Below the pieces are notes generated by a model. That model was not told where the DNA came from and searched no databases. It was given only the letters and a program-made list of their open reading frames with translations. This document shows positions 62,625 through 64,000 of a stretch of DNA of 64,000 nucleotides, piece after piece. Source of the stretch: Podarcis vaucheri (Eukaryota); NCBI GenBank assembly GCA_965113315.1, contig OZ220368.1. One strand, 5' to 3'. The position numbers and the translations under genes were made by a program. Numbering within the stretch: the stretch's first letter is position 1; the number at the start of each line of letters is the position of its first letter.

Positions 62625-64000
62625 TGTTAAACTGTGCAAGTGGCCAGCCTGCACCTCAGTGTGTTCAGTGTGTCTGAAAGGAAATTTCTTCCATTTTGAG
62701 TTTCACATTTCAGAATAATTTTGGAAGTTCAAGCATATCATAGCTTCTGGGTCACCTCTAACTACAGGGTTTAGAATTCAAAGTAATTATGAGGTTAGTG
62801 AGGCTGGACGTTCCTTTGCAGAAGCCATACTGTTTCTTCTTTGACAAAGCTTGTTCTTCAGTATATCCAACAAACTCAATGTTAATATCATCTTCTAACA
62901 GTTTACTTGTCTAGGGAGACAGGTCTCCGATTTCCTGGTTTCTCCCTCCCTGTTTCCTTTTTTAAATTGCTCTTGCGTCGGCTACCTTCCAGTTTTGAAG
63001 GCTGGTTTTAATAGGCTGCATATTTTTGTTGAAAGTGCGGACATTTCACATTTGAATTCTTCACAGACTATCAGGTGAATGTCCAGCCAACTTGTTAATT
63101 TGGAAGTTGTCAGATAGCTTTAAGACATCAGCTTTTGTTACCACCATTTGCCATTGCTTTTCAGGCACCCGCGATAAAAAGCAAGGCATGTCCCTCACAA
63201 CACTTTCCCGACTGACACAGATAGAAAGAATTCATCCTGTTTTTCGGCTCCTCCTCCTTACATACCCTATGACATACATAGCTCATTTCCTGTTTCAGAT
63301 ACATTAACAGATCAAGATATTGGATTTTTTATGCTATAGCAATTAGCTCCTCATATTCCTTGTTTGCTTGCCTTATCATCAACTTGCCTTTGCACAATGC
63401 TTGCTAGTCCCATCATATAACTTAAGCTACTAAAATTGGGAAGGCAGGATTAAGGTTTCAGGAGAAATGACTTCTCACTTGTAAAGCTGTTTCTCCTCCC
63501 AGAACCTGCATACACACCAGATTACTTTGCTTGTTTTCCCTTACAGTATCTAATCACTCACGTTTGACTTTCCAGACATCTTTGCATTGAACAGCTGTTA
63601 CTTTAAGGTCGCGTAGGGTTGACAGAGGGTGGATCTAGACACAGGTTTAAAATGCTATAGATAAGTAAAAAAAATTTTTTACAAGAGAAGAAGAAAAGCC
63701 CATGTAAAAATCTATATAAACTCATTTTTTGCTCTCTGGCACCATCTGGTGTTGGATGTTTATAACACTTTCAAAACGTGACGAATCTAGCCGAGTCCAG
63801 AGTTCTGTGTATTACTTTGAAAGAGGATTGTATGTTGATTCCCACCCCCAAAAAAATGTTTATGATGATGTGTTCTTGTCTTTTCTATGTGCATCTACCT
63901 CATGCTTCAAAAGAAGACCCTACTGCTGATTGTAAGTGCAATCCAACAGGTATGGCGGCTTGGCATCCACCATGCATTCCAATGGGAATTATGTCATGCT

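Overview
Eukaryotic genomic DNA from a squamate reptile, probably a lacertid lizard judging by the Sauria-type SINEs, Bov-B LINE and lizard MITE families (inference). The window carries the 3' part of TGFBR3 (betaglycan, TGF-beta receptor type III) on the + strand. Fourteen GT-AG coding exons, matching human exons ~4-17, run from 5247 to the stop at 58656 and splice in frame to 2289 nt (762 aa + stop). They encode the orphan domain remainder, linker, ZP-N/ZP-C with both Ser-Gly GAG sites, the TM helix and the Ser-rich tail. The first coding exons lie upstream of the window, and a long probable 3' UTR follows the stop. Introns are full of transposable elements: TA-flanked Tc1/mariner-pogo MITEs, hAT MITEs with 8-bp TSDs, Sauria SINEs, Bov-B fragments, CR1 relics and an antisense solo LTR nested in a SINE. 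The most striking object is a young Penelope-like insertion at 4196-5119. It has two 424-bp inverted arms (no mismatch found by eye), a 25-bp spacer, a ~29-bp one-sided tail and a target-site duplication. Each arm carries a minimal hammerhead-ribozyme motif, and the element sits ~130-170 nt upstream of a TGFBR3 splice acceptor. Nearly all ORFs in the supplied track are chance ORFs or exon read-throughs.
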